DNA of 63,549 bases, the filler included, from Octopus bimaculoides (taxonomy: Eukaryota), in assembly GCF_001194135.2 (NCBI RefSeq). It is 4 parts of 4 records of this genome, joined end to end, with 100 filler letters (N's around TTAATTAATTAA, not from the genome) between each part and the next. Parts side by side here need not be neighbours in the genome. Positions count along the whole stretch, not along the records: positions 16,840 to 41,359 come from NC_068996.1; positions 41,460 to 63,549 come from NC_068983.1; 2 more parts are not named here. One strand, written 5' to 3'. The number at the start of each line of letters is the position of its first letter. The first letter of the stretch is position 1. Position numbers and translations under genes: made by a program. The notes below the pieces were generated by a model that worked only from the letters and a program-made list of their open reading frames with translations, ran no database searches and was not told where the DNA came from. Below, piece after piece: positions 40,295-51,834 of the stretch.

Positions 40295-40790
40295 TTCCAT
40301 TTATTATTAAAAGGTACGGCAGAATAAAGGTAAATCCACAGGAGAACGATAGCGATATTATTTGCAGCCTTAAAGGTTGATCGACGGAAACTGAACCAAG
40401 AAATGAAAAATATGAATGATATTCTGAAATACATCAGAACAAAAGACATCGCAGAAACAAACAATTTGATCAAGGTAACAAGTATTGTCGTAGCAGAAAA
40501 TGTGGGTGTTGATGTCAAGAAAAAGAAATATAATGGAAGTGACAAAAGAAAAGATCCATGGTGGAAAAGAAGAATACAGGCGGGGTTAGATATGCTCTCG
40601 AAGGACATTTCTGTTAGACCGAAAAGAAAAGCAGGGCTTAAAAGCAAAAAGAAAATACAGGGCACTGAACAGGAAGTGTAATATTGAAAGAAAGGGCCTG
40701 AAAGTGGTAATGGAGGAACTGAAATAGCACCTCATTGCAAAGAAAGCAAAGCTGGCACCGTAGTACATCTCCAGCGTTAGAAGCTGTACA
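40295..40790 (+). mobile_element. R4/Dong-like LINE fragment
   Basis: ETNNLIKVTSIVVAENVG...DPWWKRRIQ...LSKDIS; related 3'-end remnants at 39610-39870 (-) and 11690-11810 (-). Confidence 0.6.
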
Positions 40791-41031
40791 AAGACAATAA
40801 TAATATTAATATAACGTCCATTTTTCCATGTTGGCATGGGTTAGACGGCTTGACTGGAACTGGTAAGCCGGAGAGCTGCACAAGGCTCCAATCTGAATTT
40901 GGTTTCGTTTCTACGACTGGGTGTCCTTCCTAACGCCTACCACTCTGAGAGTATAGTGGGTGTCTTTTACGTGTCACCGGCACCGGTCACAACTAGAATT
41001 TTATGTCACTGGTACCGGCCACAGTTGTTAC

Positions 41032-41062
<31 letters not shown>

Positions 41063-41359
41063 TTATGTTTGACTTTTGTTTTGCATTTATACAAGTTGGA
41101 TCCAAGTCTCACCCAGAGACCTCAAGAGACAACAAGTTAGAAGTTCATGTAGGTGTTATGCCTAGGGTACCATATATTTGGATTTGTACAGTTTTGTTCA
41201 AGTGAATGTTTAAGAAACCATAAGAAAATTATGTGTTTGCTTTAAAATTTGAGATCACATAGACAGTATTTTACGTAGGATATAGGCAGTTCCCATGAGC
41301 ACTATCTTTTGAACTTCAGCCATTTTGGGGTTTCCTGGAATCTGATCTAGGTAGTAATC

Positions 41360-41459
41360 NNNNNNNNNNNNNNNNNNNNNNNNNNNNNNNNNNNNNNNNN
41401 NNNTTAATTAATTAANNNNNNNNNNNNNNNNNNNNNNNNNNNNNNNNNNNNNNNNNNNN
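41360..41459. other. Artificial scaffold join
   Basis: Same 44 N + TTAATTAATTAA + 44 N layout. Confidence 0.95.
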
Positions 41460-42450
41460 TAATTGCTGAGTCACTATCAGAACTAGAGGAGAAGTTTCAG
41501 GTGTGGAAGCAAGGACTAGAATCGAAGGGCCTTAGAGTCAACCTAGTTAAAACCAAAGTCCTAATAAGTAGGAAGGTAGACAAAACACAAACCCCTTCAG
41601 GTAGATGGCCTTGCTCGATCTGTAGAAAAGGTGTAGGTAGAAACTCTATAATATGCACCCAGTGCAAGCTATGGACACATAAGAGGTGCAGCAATATCAA
41701 AGGAAAGTTAACTAGGAAGTTAGTTTTTGTATGTGGCAGATGTTCAGGAGCAATAAATACTGTAAATGTGCAGAAAACAACTTCTGTCACATTCCAGGAA
41801 GAAAAACTAGACGTAGTTAATAGCTTCCACTGTCTAGGTGACCAAGTTAGTAGTGGGGGTAGGTGCACTGAAAGTGTAGCTGCTAGAATAAGAAAAGCCT
41901 GGGCAAAGTTCAGAGAGCTCTTACCTCTGCTGGTGACAAAGGGTCNNNNNNNNNNAAAGTTCAGAGAGCTCTTACCTCTGCTGGTGACAAAGGGTCTCTC
42001 TCTCAGAGTATAAGGCAGACTGTATGACGCATGTGTACGAACAGCCATGCTTCATGGCAGGAAGACATGAGCCATGACTGCTGAAGACATGAGTAGGCTC
42101 ACAAGGAATGAAGTTAGTATGTTCCAATGGATGTGTAATGTCAGTGTGCATACTCGACAGAGTGTAAGTATCTTGAGAGAAAAGTTGAACCTAAGAAGCA
42201 TCAGTTGTGGTGTACAAGAGAGACAATTGCGCTGGTATGGTCATGTGGCAAGAATGGATGAGGATAGCTGTGTGAAAAAGTGCCACTCCCTAGCAGTTGA
42301 GGGAACCTGTGGAAGAGGTAGGTCCAGGAAGACCTGGGATGAGGTGGTGAGGCACGACCTCTGAACATTGGGCCTCACTGAAATGATGACTTCTGACCGA
42401 GACCTTTGGAAATACGCTGTGCGTAAGAAGACCCGGCAAGCCAAGTGAGA
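41460..42450 (+). mobile_element. RTE-type LINE 3' part, pseudogenised
   Basis: GLRVNLVKTKV, Cys/His finger, FHCLG, RIRKAWAKFREL, LRWYGHVARM, GRGRSRKTW; in-frame stops near 42011 and 42068. Confidence 0.9.
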
Positions 42451-43415
42451 CCTAAGTCCAAGGCCTCTGCCAGGGGTGCAGCCAGCCCACTTATGCGTAC
42501 CTTTTCTTCATTGGACACTAAACTGTGCTTGCAAAGACCTGTTGAGGCATGTGAATTCGAAATTTGACGACTGGCACCCATGCCAACGTCGTCTCCTCCA
42601 TTGGACATGAAACTCAGCTCGTGAAGACATGTTGGGGCAAGCGAAAGCGAAATCGTGATGGCACCTATGCCCAGCGTCACCTTCGTGGCATGTGTAAAGA
42701 CATTCGAGTGAGATCATTGCCAGTGCCACTGGACTGGCTCGTATGCAGGACAGGAAACTCGGCTTGTGAAGACCTGTTGGGGCAAGCAAAAACGAAATCG
42801 TGATGACACCTGTGCCCAGCGTCGCCTTCCTGGCACTTGTGCCGGTGGCACGTGTAAAGACACTCGAGCGAGATCATTGCCAGTGCCGCTGGACTGGCTC
42901 CTGTGCAGGTGGCACGTAAAATACACTATTTTGAGTTGTGGCCGTTGCCAGTACTGCCTGACTGGCCTTCGTGCCGGTGGCACGTAAAAGCACCCACTAC
43001 ACTCTCGGAGTGGTTGGCATTAGGAAAGGCATCCAGCTGTAGAAACTCTGCCAATTTGAACTCAGAATGTAAAAACAGATGAAATACCACAAAGCATTTC
43101 CCTCAGTGTGCTAATGTTTCTGCCAGCTTGCTGCCTTAAAACTCTTCAAGAGACCTAGTAAAAAATTTTTATTTCAACATCAAAATTTCTTAAGCGTGAC
43201 ACACACATCAGATACTTACAAAAAACAAATTGATGTGTTAATATTATTGATTAGGCAATATCAAGTGACTGATTGATCAGCATTATATTCTTACTCTTGT
43301 TTTTCCAGCCTGATAGTCATATTTTTAGGATTCTCTTACTGTAAATTACAAAGAAATGGATTGAAAAGATTTTTTTAAAAATTCTTATTTTAACTGTCAT
43401 GTAAGGTCTTCTTAC

Positions 43416-43548
43416 CAACATCTTCATTTTCCCAGCTATATCTCATAAATTGCTTTATTTTCAAGCCTTTCATAGCCAAAGACATCCTTGTTTTGCGTTT
43501 TGTGTCAAATTCTTTCTGGATACTGAAAGTTTTTCCTTTGAATGATTT
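43416..43548 (-). CDS. Isolated candidate exon, gene unknown
   Basis: tttttctcttctaaaag acceptor, gtaaga donor, single open frame: KSFKGKTFSIQKEFDTKRKTRMSLAMKGLKIKQFMRYSWENEDV, phase 0 to 1. Confidence 0.45.
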
Positions 43549-44969
43549 CTTTTAGAAGAGAAAAATAAGAGCTCAGCCAACATCATTGTTTTTACAATGA
43601 TGAACAGTATAAGTTATAAATAGATTTTAAAAAATCTCATTTGGACATAAATAATTCTAATTCTACAAAGAATTTATCTTATATAGTGGTGTTAGAAATG
43701 TTGATGAAAATATGATATTAATTAGAAATGAACAATGTGCCAGAGATCAAAGGATACAGAGAAGCTATATAAACATAGCAACTTTGAATAGTAGTCTATA
43801 TTCATAAAACTTCAAAGAAGAAAAAAGAAGCATATCAAAGCATAGCATTAGTCGTTACATTCATGAATAATATGAAAAAAAAAACAAAAAAAAAAACAGA
43901 TGGCAAATGCTTTTCAGTATCATATTTACAGGACAAGGGAGCTTCCACACAGTCACTTGACCTGCTAGAATGACATGCTGGATATTGTAGTACTAGATAT
44001 GACTGATAAAAGAGATGGGATTGATGTGACTAGAATACCTTTGGTCATATTTTGTTTAATCAGTGAGTTAGATATATTTGAAAATAGATATATTTATGAA
44101 ATAGATATATTTAAGAAATTTACCATTTAAAAGTTTTTTATTGCTGAAAAACTTAGCATTTTCGTTTGAAAACTTAACCCCTTTTATTCATATCTGAGTA
44201 TATTTGTAGTGAATTCCTCCTATACATGATTAACATAAAGGACACACATATTGGCTTGATATGAGAAAAATTGAATCTGATTGTAATTTCATTTAATAAA
44301 TAAAAGTATATTTACCATCTATTTAAAACATATTTACTTGGCCTTGTTGGAACTACAGCTAAATTAGATTTATCAATAATGCTAATGATTTTTCATTTCA
44401 TTATTAGTGGATGGTAGAAGACGGTGAGCTGGCAGAATCCTTACGATGCTGGATGGAATTCTTAGCAGTATTTTGCCCATCACTACATTCTGAGTTCAAA
44501 TTCCGCTGAGGTTGACTTTGCCTTTCCTCCTTTCAGGGTCGATAAATTAAGTACCAGTGAATCACTAGGGTTAGTGTATTCGACTAGTTCCCTCCCCACA
44601 AATTCCAGGTCTTATGCCTTTGGTAGTAAAGATTATTAGTGGATATTACCAGCTGGAATGCCTTTGATCAAATATTTGCTCACTCAGGGGTAATTAGAAG
44701 TTAAACAATGATGATTGTAACATCCAGTATATTTTCAATTACTGAAGTGTTTGGTTATCCTGCTGAGTAAAATTTTGCCAGATTAGCACCTGTAGTTGTC
44801 TGTTAAAGTATTTCTTCTCTGCTGTTTAATGAAAGTCTAAAAGGAGTCAAAAATCTCAAATTTGGATTTTGATTTCTTGCAACTTGATAAACAACTTTGT
44901 TATAAATAGAGTATATTTTGCAATATAAAGCCATAGAACAAAATGTATTATACAACTATGTACATTGTG

Positions 44970-45406
44970 CAGGTTGTCGTCAACTTATGACCTATCCAAC
45001 TTATGGCCAATCAACTTTATGATGATTGGCACACCGACTCCCGGCAATAATAATAAATAGTCCAGGTAAAAATTAACCCATCTATGGATGATGTCAGCTA
45101 ACAAACGACATTGAAGATCCACAACCAAGCACCAGTCTACAATAAATTTTCATGTGAGTTTTGCAACTGTTTCTGACACCACATTGTGTATTTCTTGCAT
45201 TTGCATTCTTTGGTACTTTTCAAATAACAAATAACACTGATGTAATATAATAAAGAATGCTATATGTGACTTTTCCCTGAGAATTTACCTTAAGAATGTA
45301 AAAATATAAAACAAAGCTATGTAGGCCTATAGACCAACTTACGACCAAATCGATTTATGACCAGTCAGTTGGAACCAAATTGTGGTTGCAAGTTGACAAC
45401 AACCTG
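44970..45406. mobile_element. Tigger/pogo-like MITE
   Basis: TIR caggttgtcgtcaactt / aagttgacaacaacctg; TA on the right, TG on the left. Confidence 0.65.
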
Positions 45407-46029
45407 TATATTACTTAAAAAAGATAGTTTTGACATTACAAAATCCATATATAAAATTTAATATCATCATCATCTAATGTCTGTTTTCCATGCTAGAATG
45501 GATTGGATGGCTCGACTGAAAACTGGTAAGCTGAGGAGCTGCACCAGGTTCCAATCTGATTTGGCATAGTTTCTATGGTTGGATGCCCTTCCTATTGTCA
45601 ACCATTCCAGGAGTGTAGTGAATGATTTTTACGTGCCACCAGCATGAGTACCAGTTATGTAGCACCAGCATCAGCCACAACTACGATTTCACTTGACTTG
45701 ACAAGTCTTCTCAAGCACAGTATATTGCCAAAGGTCTCAGTTGCCGCCATGAGGCCCAACATTCAAACAGTGCTTTTTACATGCCACCAGAACAGGTGCC
45801 AGTCATATGACACTGGCATCAGTCACAACTACTATTTCACTTGGATTGATGGGTCTTCACAAGCACAGTACATTACCCAACATTTAAAGGGTGCTTTTTA
45901 CATGCCAGTTACACAACAATGGCATCGGCCATGACTATGATTTCACTTGGCTTGACAGGTCTTCTCAAGCATAGCATATCGCCAGAGGTCTCGGTTGCTT
46001 GTCATTGCCTCCGTGAGGCTCAACGTTCG

Positions 46030-46910
46030 AAGATGATGCTTCACCATCTCATCCCATGTCTTCCTGGGTCTACCTCTACCACAGGTTCCCTCTACCATTA
46101 AAGTTCAGCACTTTTTCATGCAACTGTCCTTGTCCATACACATCACATGACCATACCAGCACAGTCATCTCTCTTGCACACCACATCTGATGCCTCTTAT
46201 GTCCAACTTTCCCCTCAAGACACTTACGCTCTGTCATGCATGCACACTGTACACATCCAGGAAAACATACTAACTTCATTCTGTCTATGCATGTCCTCAG
46301 CAGTCACAACGTATGTTTCACTGCTGAGTAGCATGGCTGTTCACACACAGGTATCATACAATCTGCCTTTCACTCTGAGAGAACAGATGTAGGAGCTCAC
46401 TGAACTTTCCCAGCCTATTCTTATTCTAACAGCTATGCTCTCAGAGCATCTACCTCCACTACTGACTTGGTCAACTAGGTAATGGAAGCTATTAACTACT
46501 TACAGTTTTTCCTCCGGGCATTTGGCGGATTCTAATTTCTGTACATTTTTAGTGTTAATTGTACCTGTGCACCTACCACTCACAAAAACTTGATATTGTT
46601 GCACCTCTTATGTGTCCAAAGCTTACACCAGGTACATTTTATAGAGTTTCTACTTACACCTTTTCTACAGATCGAGCAGGTCCATCTACCTGAAGGGATT
46701 TGTGATTTGTTTGCTTTCCTACTTACTAAGACTGATTTATGCTAGATTAACTCTAAGGCTCTTTGATTCTAGACTGTGCTTCCTCACCTGAAATTTCTTC
46801 TCTAGTTCTGGAAGTGATTTAGCTACGAGAATAAGGTCATCAGCATAGTGAAGCTCCCAGGAGCAGACTGTCTTAAATTCCTCTGTTATTGCTGGAGGAC
46901 TATAATGAAC
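46030..46910 (-). mobile_element. RTE-type LINE fragment, inverted relative to 41460-42450
   Basis: Reverse complement matches 41460-42400 (e.g. tcaggtagatgg...tgctcgatctgtagaaaagg). Confidence 0.85.
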
Positions 46911-47848
46911 AAGCGGGGCTAAACTATAAAGTAAAACTATCTTCGATGAAAATTAGTGGTTATCTAACACATTCTCAGTAAACATAGATGAAATATATAT
47001 CAGTATAGTTTGTAGGCTATTTACAATTATAACTTTGATGTTTCTAACTCGTAATATTTTTTTAGAGTCTTATATTTGAAATCTGCTAAAGCACTTGTAC
47101 TCTTGGGATTATCTATACTTAAAGTCAGATGTATTTATTTGTAATCCATATCCATGAAATTTGGTAAAAGAAAATATCCCAGGACTATATTTTAGCACAA
47201 CAAACTTAAGAAAATGACCAATGCGTAAAATTTGATGTTACACAAATTTACAATGTAAAACATGAAGAAAACCTCTGAATAGTGTAGTAATGAGTTTGTT
47301 GTATAACCATCTTGTTGAAAATATAATCTATTGCAAGGAGCTATATTAACAATATGTTACAGTCTCTTCAAGAATTCATTGGAAATAAAAGAGCCATACA
47401 TTGTACCATATTGAAGATTGAAGAGGAATAGTCTCTTAGAAGTAAAAGAAACGCAAAGGACTTAGTTTTTTTTTTACCCAAATAAATAAATAAATAAATA
47501 CATAATAATCTACCCAACAAAATGTAAAATAAAAATACAACAAAAAATATAGAGTAGATAGAGCTACAAAAATTGATACAATGTGCAACATAAAGTTAAA
47601 GATGTGATGGTTCAGAAAATTCATTAAAATTCAAGTAAAAGGTACAGAAAAACAAAAATTAATCAAACTTTTGAAAATATAATCCTTGCATGAACATGGC
47701 CAGCTCAAGCTTGTAGCCAGTTAAATTTCACATTCCTCTGCTTTTTGAAAATGTCAATTGTTTGGTGTGTACTTCTGCATTTGCAAAACAGACTAGCTCA
47801 TGTTATTGATATTGTCACAATGTTTATTTGCTGTACATGAAACTTATA

Positions 47849-47952
47849 TCACTGTTGTTGTTGCTGCTGCTGCTCATGTATTACTGTTGCTAACTTGTAT
47901 CTAATATCATCTTCATTAGATACACTGGGAGGTTTGATTAATAATGTTAGAC
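47849..47952 (-). CDS. Candidate terminal coding exon of gene U1
   Basis: gttgttag acceptor; (G)LTLLIKPPSVSNEDDIRYKLATVIHEQQQQQQQ-stop; the other two frames close early; AT-rich UTR-like sequence follows. Confidence 0.4.
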
Positions 47953-47966
47953 CTAACAACTTGAAT

Positions 47967-48347
47967 GATGGCACTCCGTCACTTACGACGTTGAGGGTTC
48001 CAGTTGATCTGATCAACGGAACAGCCTGCTCATGAAATTAACGTGCAGGTGGCTGAGCATTCCACAGACACATGTACCCTTAACGTAGTTCTCGGGGATA
48101 TTCAGTGTGACACAGTGTGACAAGGCTGACCCTTTGAATTACAGGCACAACAGAAACTGGAAGTAAGAGTGAGAGAAAGTTGTGGTGAAAGAGTACAGCA
48201 GGGTTCGTCACCATCCTCTGTCAGAGCCTCGTGGAGCTTTAGGTGTTTTCACTCAATAAACACTCACAACGCCCGGTCTGGGAATTGAAACCGTGATCCT
48301 ATGACTGCAAGTCCACTGCCCTAACCACTGGGCCATTGCGCCTCCAC
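47967..48347 (-). mobile_element. tRNA-derived SINE (family C), full length
   Basis: tRNA-like head gtggaggcgcaatggcccagtggttagggcag; 12-bp TSD aacaacttgaat at 47955-47966 and 48348-48359. Other copies at 15701-16086 and 59790-60118. Confidence 0.9.
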
Positions 48348-48719
48348 AACAACTTGAATAAACAGTAATCAACTAAAAATATATTAAACTAAATATACGA
48401 AGCTAACAGTTTTGAGCTAACATTATTACATCATCCATTTGTACTGTTCATTAGGCCATGATTGGTTTATTATTTTAGAATATGTTAAAACAAGAGTTGT
48501 TAATTGTTTTAATCAGACCCACTCAGGATTGACCCACATGCTGCAATGTCCACTTTGCCAGCCTGCTAAAATTCACCTCTGTCTCCCCTCCTCATCATCA
48601 CCACTATCATCATTGCCCTCACCATTGTCACCACCACCACCACCTTCCCTCATTTGCAGTCTTAGTTGGTGCCAGTATACCTTCAAAAGATGTTAATAGC
48701 TTGGTTTTACTTTATATAA

Positions 48720-48817
48720 CAAAGAAGAGGTGGAGGAGGTTGCACAGGAAGTGTAATTGCTAGAGTAATAATAGGATGGAGAAAGTTCAGAGAGCTTTTA
48801 CTTCTGTTGGTAACCAA

Positions 48818-48848
<31 letters not shown>

Positions 48849-49085
48849 CTTGAGTGAAGGAAAGACTGTATGATGCATGTGTGTGAACTGCAGTGTTGCA
48901 TGATAGTGAGATATGGGTCCTGAACGTGGAGAGGAATGAAGCTAGTACGCTCCACTGGGTGTGTGATGTCAGTGTGAATGTGCAACAGAGCACTGATGTA
49001 TTGAGAGAAAAGTTGGGCATAAGAGGGATTATATGCAGTGTGCAAGAGAGGAGACTGTTGGTTTGGTCACATGATGTGAATAAGG
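48720..49085 (+). mobile_element. RTE-type LINE fragment
   Basis: aaagttcagagagct...gactgtatgatgcatgtgt matches 41905-42240; another 3' piece at 54320-54500. Confidence 0.75.
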
Positions 49086-49139
49086 ACAGTTAATAATAAT
49101 CTAATAATTTTTTCGTTTAGCATCCACTTCCAGGAACTC

Positions 49140-49440
49140 CGTACGTTTTCTTTTTCTTTTGCTTGTGTGTCTGGGTTCAATTATTTGTAGTGGTATTGCT
49201 ATTTGAAAAGTATATAAACATTCCATTGATTTTCCCATTCTTTTGAATTTGCTCTCAACGAATCTTTTTTAGTTGATTCATGTGTCTCTTGTATACCCGT
49301 TTTCTTCTTTTTACCAAATATAGCATTTTTCCTATGTGTTTGGTAATCACACCATCTTCCCAACTTTGTTTTCCATTCTTATATGCCCTAACAAATATAT
49401 TTTCACTAATTTTGAAACGTCTTGCTATATTATAGAGAAA
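49140..49440 (-). mobile_element. Ty3/gypsy integrase C-terminal remnant
   Basis: SWEDGVITKHIGKMLYLVKRRKRVYKRHMNQLKK matches the W..G.I...Y.V...RH.NQL tail. Confidence 0.6.
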
Positions 49441-49869
49441 TGTTGGTTACTGAAAATGGAGGGAAGTTGGGGAAAAGAGAAACCCAGGAAGACATAGGAC
49501 AAAGTTTTGCTGACCAATCACAAAACACTGAACCTTATGAAAGAGATGACAGATGACTGAGATATGTAGCACATTGCTGTACTCGAGATGACTTGCCCAC
49601 CACAACCAAATCAATATCCTAGAACTAAGGTGCGATATAAAAAGCACCGGTGTAGGTACTGGTACCATGTAAAAAGCACCCAGTACACTCTGTGGAGTGA
49701 ATGGTATTAGGAAGGGCATCCAGCCATAGAAACCAAGCCAAACCAGAGTATGAAACCTAGTGTGGCCTTGGCCTTGCCAATTCCTGTCAAGCTGTCCAGC
49801 CATGCCAACATAGAAAACACATCAAACAATGATGATGACGAACATATCAGAGTATGAAATCCATACTAC

Positions 49870-49929
49870 CAGTCTTTGGTTCCCATGCACTCAGATGAGT
49901 ATGGACACCTCCAGTTAATAACCAGAGGC
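49870..49929 (-). CDS. Candidate exon of gene U1
   Basis: ctttcttattag acceptor, gtagta donor, 60 nt; (G)LWLLTGGVHTHLSAWEPKT(G) in phase 1 to 1. Confidence 0.4.
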
Positions 49930-50190
49930 CTAATAAGAAAGGTGTTGATTTGATAGCTTCCTAATGTTAATCATTTTGAACCAATAATTAAAAAAAATCT
50001 AAAATCCAGATATGAAAGTTTTAATGAAAAATCTCAATCCAGCCATAACATTATTTATCTAATAATGGTAATGATGTTAATGTGCAGATATTTACAAAGA
50101 AAACGTGTTATTAAACTTTAATGAGTAAAAGAAAAAGAAATAGCATCAGAACAAAACCTAGTTTTCTGGATAAAATTTGAATGCCATTAC

Positions 50191-50264
50191 CTTCTTGTTC
50201 TTCATTTGCTGTAGAGTACCAGCTGCAACAAAGTTGGCTATTTGCTCCTCTAATGAAGAGTACT
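50191..50264 (-). CDS. Exon of gene U1 (frame ambiguous)
   Basis: tattttcaattttcag acceptor, gtaatg donor. Open as (E)YSSLEEQIANFVAAGTLQQMKNKK (phase 1 to 0) or VLFIRGANSQLCCSWYSTANEEQE (phase 2 to 1). Confidence 0.55.
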
Positions 50265-50389
50265 CTGAAAATTGAAAATATAAAAACATGAAGAACAGAC
50301 TTGGAAATAATTTATTACAAATATATTAAAATGTACTGGTTTTAATCATTCAAGTGTGACACTGTCAGGGTATTTATTTCAACTTTGTG

Positions 50390-51760
50390 TTAAGTATTTT
50401 ACGAATGAGGGAGTTCACCACTGCTACCCTCATCTTTATCTCCTGTTGCAATGTACACAGCAGTCTATCCAAATCTCTTTTGCAGGTGTCCACCTCATGT
50501 ATATCACTTATATTTCAAAGGACAATATTAAACAGCTGTAACACTTCTTCTGTTGTGAAAGAGGACAAATGAAACTTTGGGAACTATCAGGTTTCCAGAT
50601 CAAAGTTTGGCTCCAATTCCCTATCAAGGTCCAGTGATTGTCTTTGTCAAAAGTCTTTGCAAAGTTCAGGTATACTATATCTGCATTTGAGTGATTAAGT
50701 AGTTAATGTCTTTACCATCCCATCATAATGCTGCAGCAGTTATGTGAGGTAGCTTCTTGCCTGATATAACTTAAATTGTTTTAAACCAGAAACAATCATG
50801 ACTTTGGTCACAGTGAAGTAATTTTTAGTGTTGGATTCATTTCCTCCCAATATGGATAGAACAGTTTGTAGGGATTTTACCAGTTTCCAGAAATTTTGGC
50901 AAAGTAACTGAAGTGGTTTGGTTGGACATTTTTGCATGTTTTAAGAGCGTTATTGGGGAGTCATTACAGCCTGCAAAAGAATTTATACTGAAATTTCCTT
51001 TGGAAGCTATTACAACAGTTTCTTTTTTGCCTATGTAACTGCTGATGCATCTTCTCCATGAAAGGTTGTAGTGATAAAAACTTCTATTGACTGAGCTGCT
51101 TTTGTACTAGAGAGGTGAAAATGTTATTCATTCAGTATTTCATCCACCCTGTGAGGGCTTACAAAGAGTGATCCACTTCCTTTAAATAATAATCCTATTT
51201 TGTAGTGCATAAAAGATGTTCCTTTGATGAAGTGACAGGCTAGTTTTGGCTTGGTTGTTATGCTTTTTTCTATAACTGAAGTCTTTATTGTTCTCTTATA
51301 TTCTTGGGAGTACTTTATTTTCTCTTTATTTTCTCAGTTGTTTTTTCTTTTTCTCAGGAAAATTTTTTCTATCTATTAGGATTATATTTCTTTAAACACT
51401 GTTGACTTTTCTGAATGAAACATACTTAATGCATAAAACATAAAGCTTCAATTTTATTTACTATTTTAAAATTTTTTTGTCTCCAGAAGCCGATTTACCT
51501 TGACTGATTTCTTTTAAGCTTTTGGGCTGAATTATCAGGCTGGACAAGGTTTGTATGTCTTTAGTCGGGAGCCATGTAACACATTTTCCAGAGTTATACA
51601 TTGTTAATTTAAGAATGGTATTGTCAGAAAAAAATGTATGGGCATCTTACATTAGAGATGATTTACAGATTGTTTATGAAGCAGAAATTCAGTGTGTTGT
51701 TGCCTCTAATTGGGCATTAGGCTATTTGTTTCTCAAACTGTATACCTGTGAAGTTAATCA
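50390..51760 (-). mobile_element. Degenerate CR1-like LINE
   Basis: DIVYLNFAKTFDK RT motif at about 50645-50685; CKRDLDRLL-type 3' end. Confidence 0.7.
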
Positions 51761-51834
51761 GAAAATCTACTTCACTGTTATCCTGTTCTGATATCCTTCT
51801 GAGACTGTGGCCTCAGGTTATTTGAAATTAGAAT

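Noticed and set aside
41905-41996. 41-bp direct repeat across a 10-N gap
   Set aside because: Typical unmerged contig overlap.
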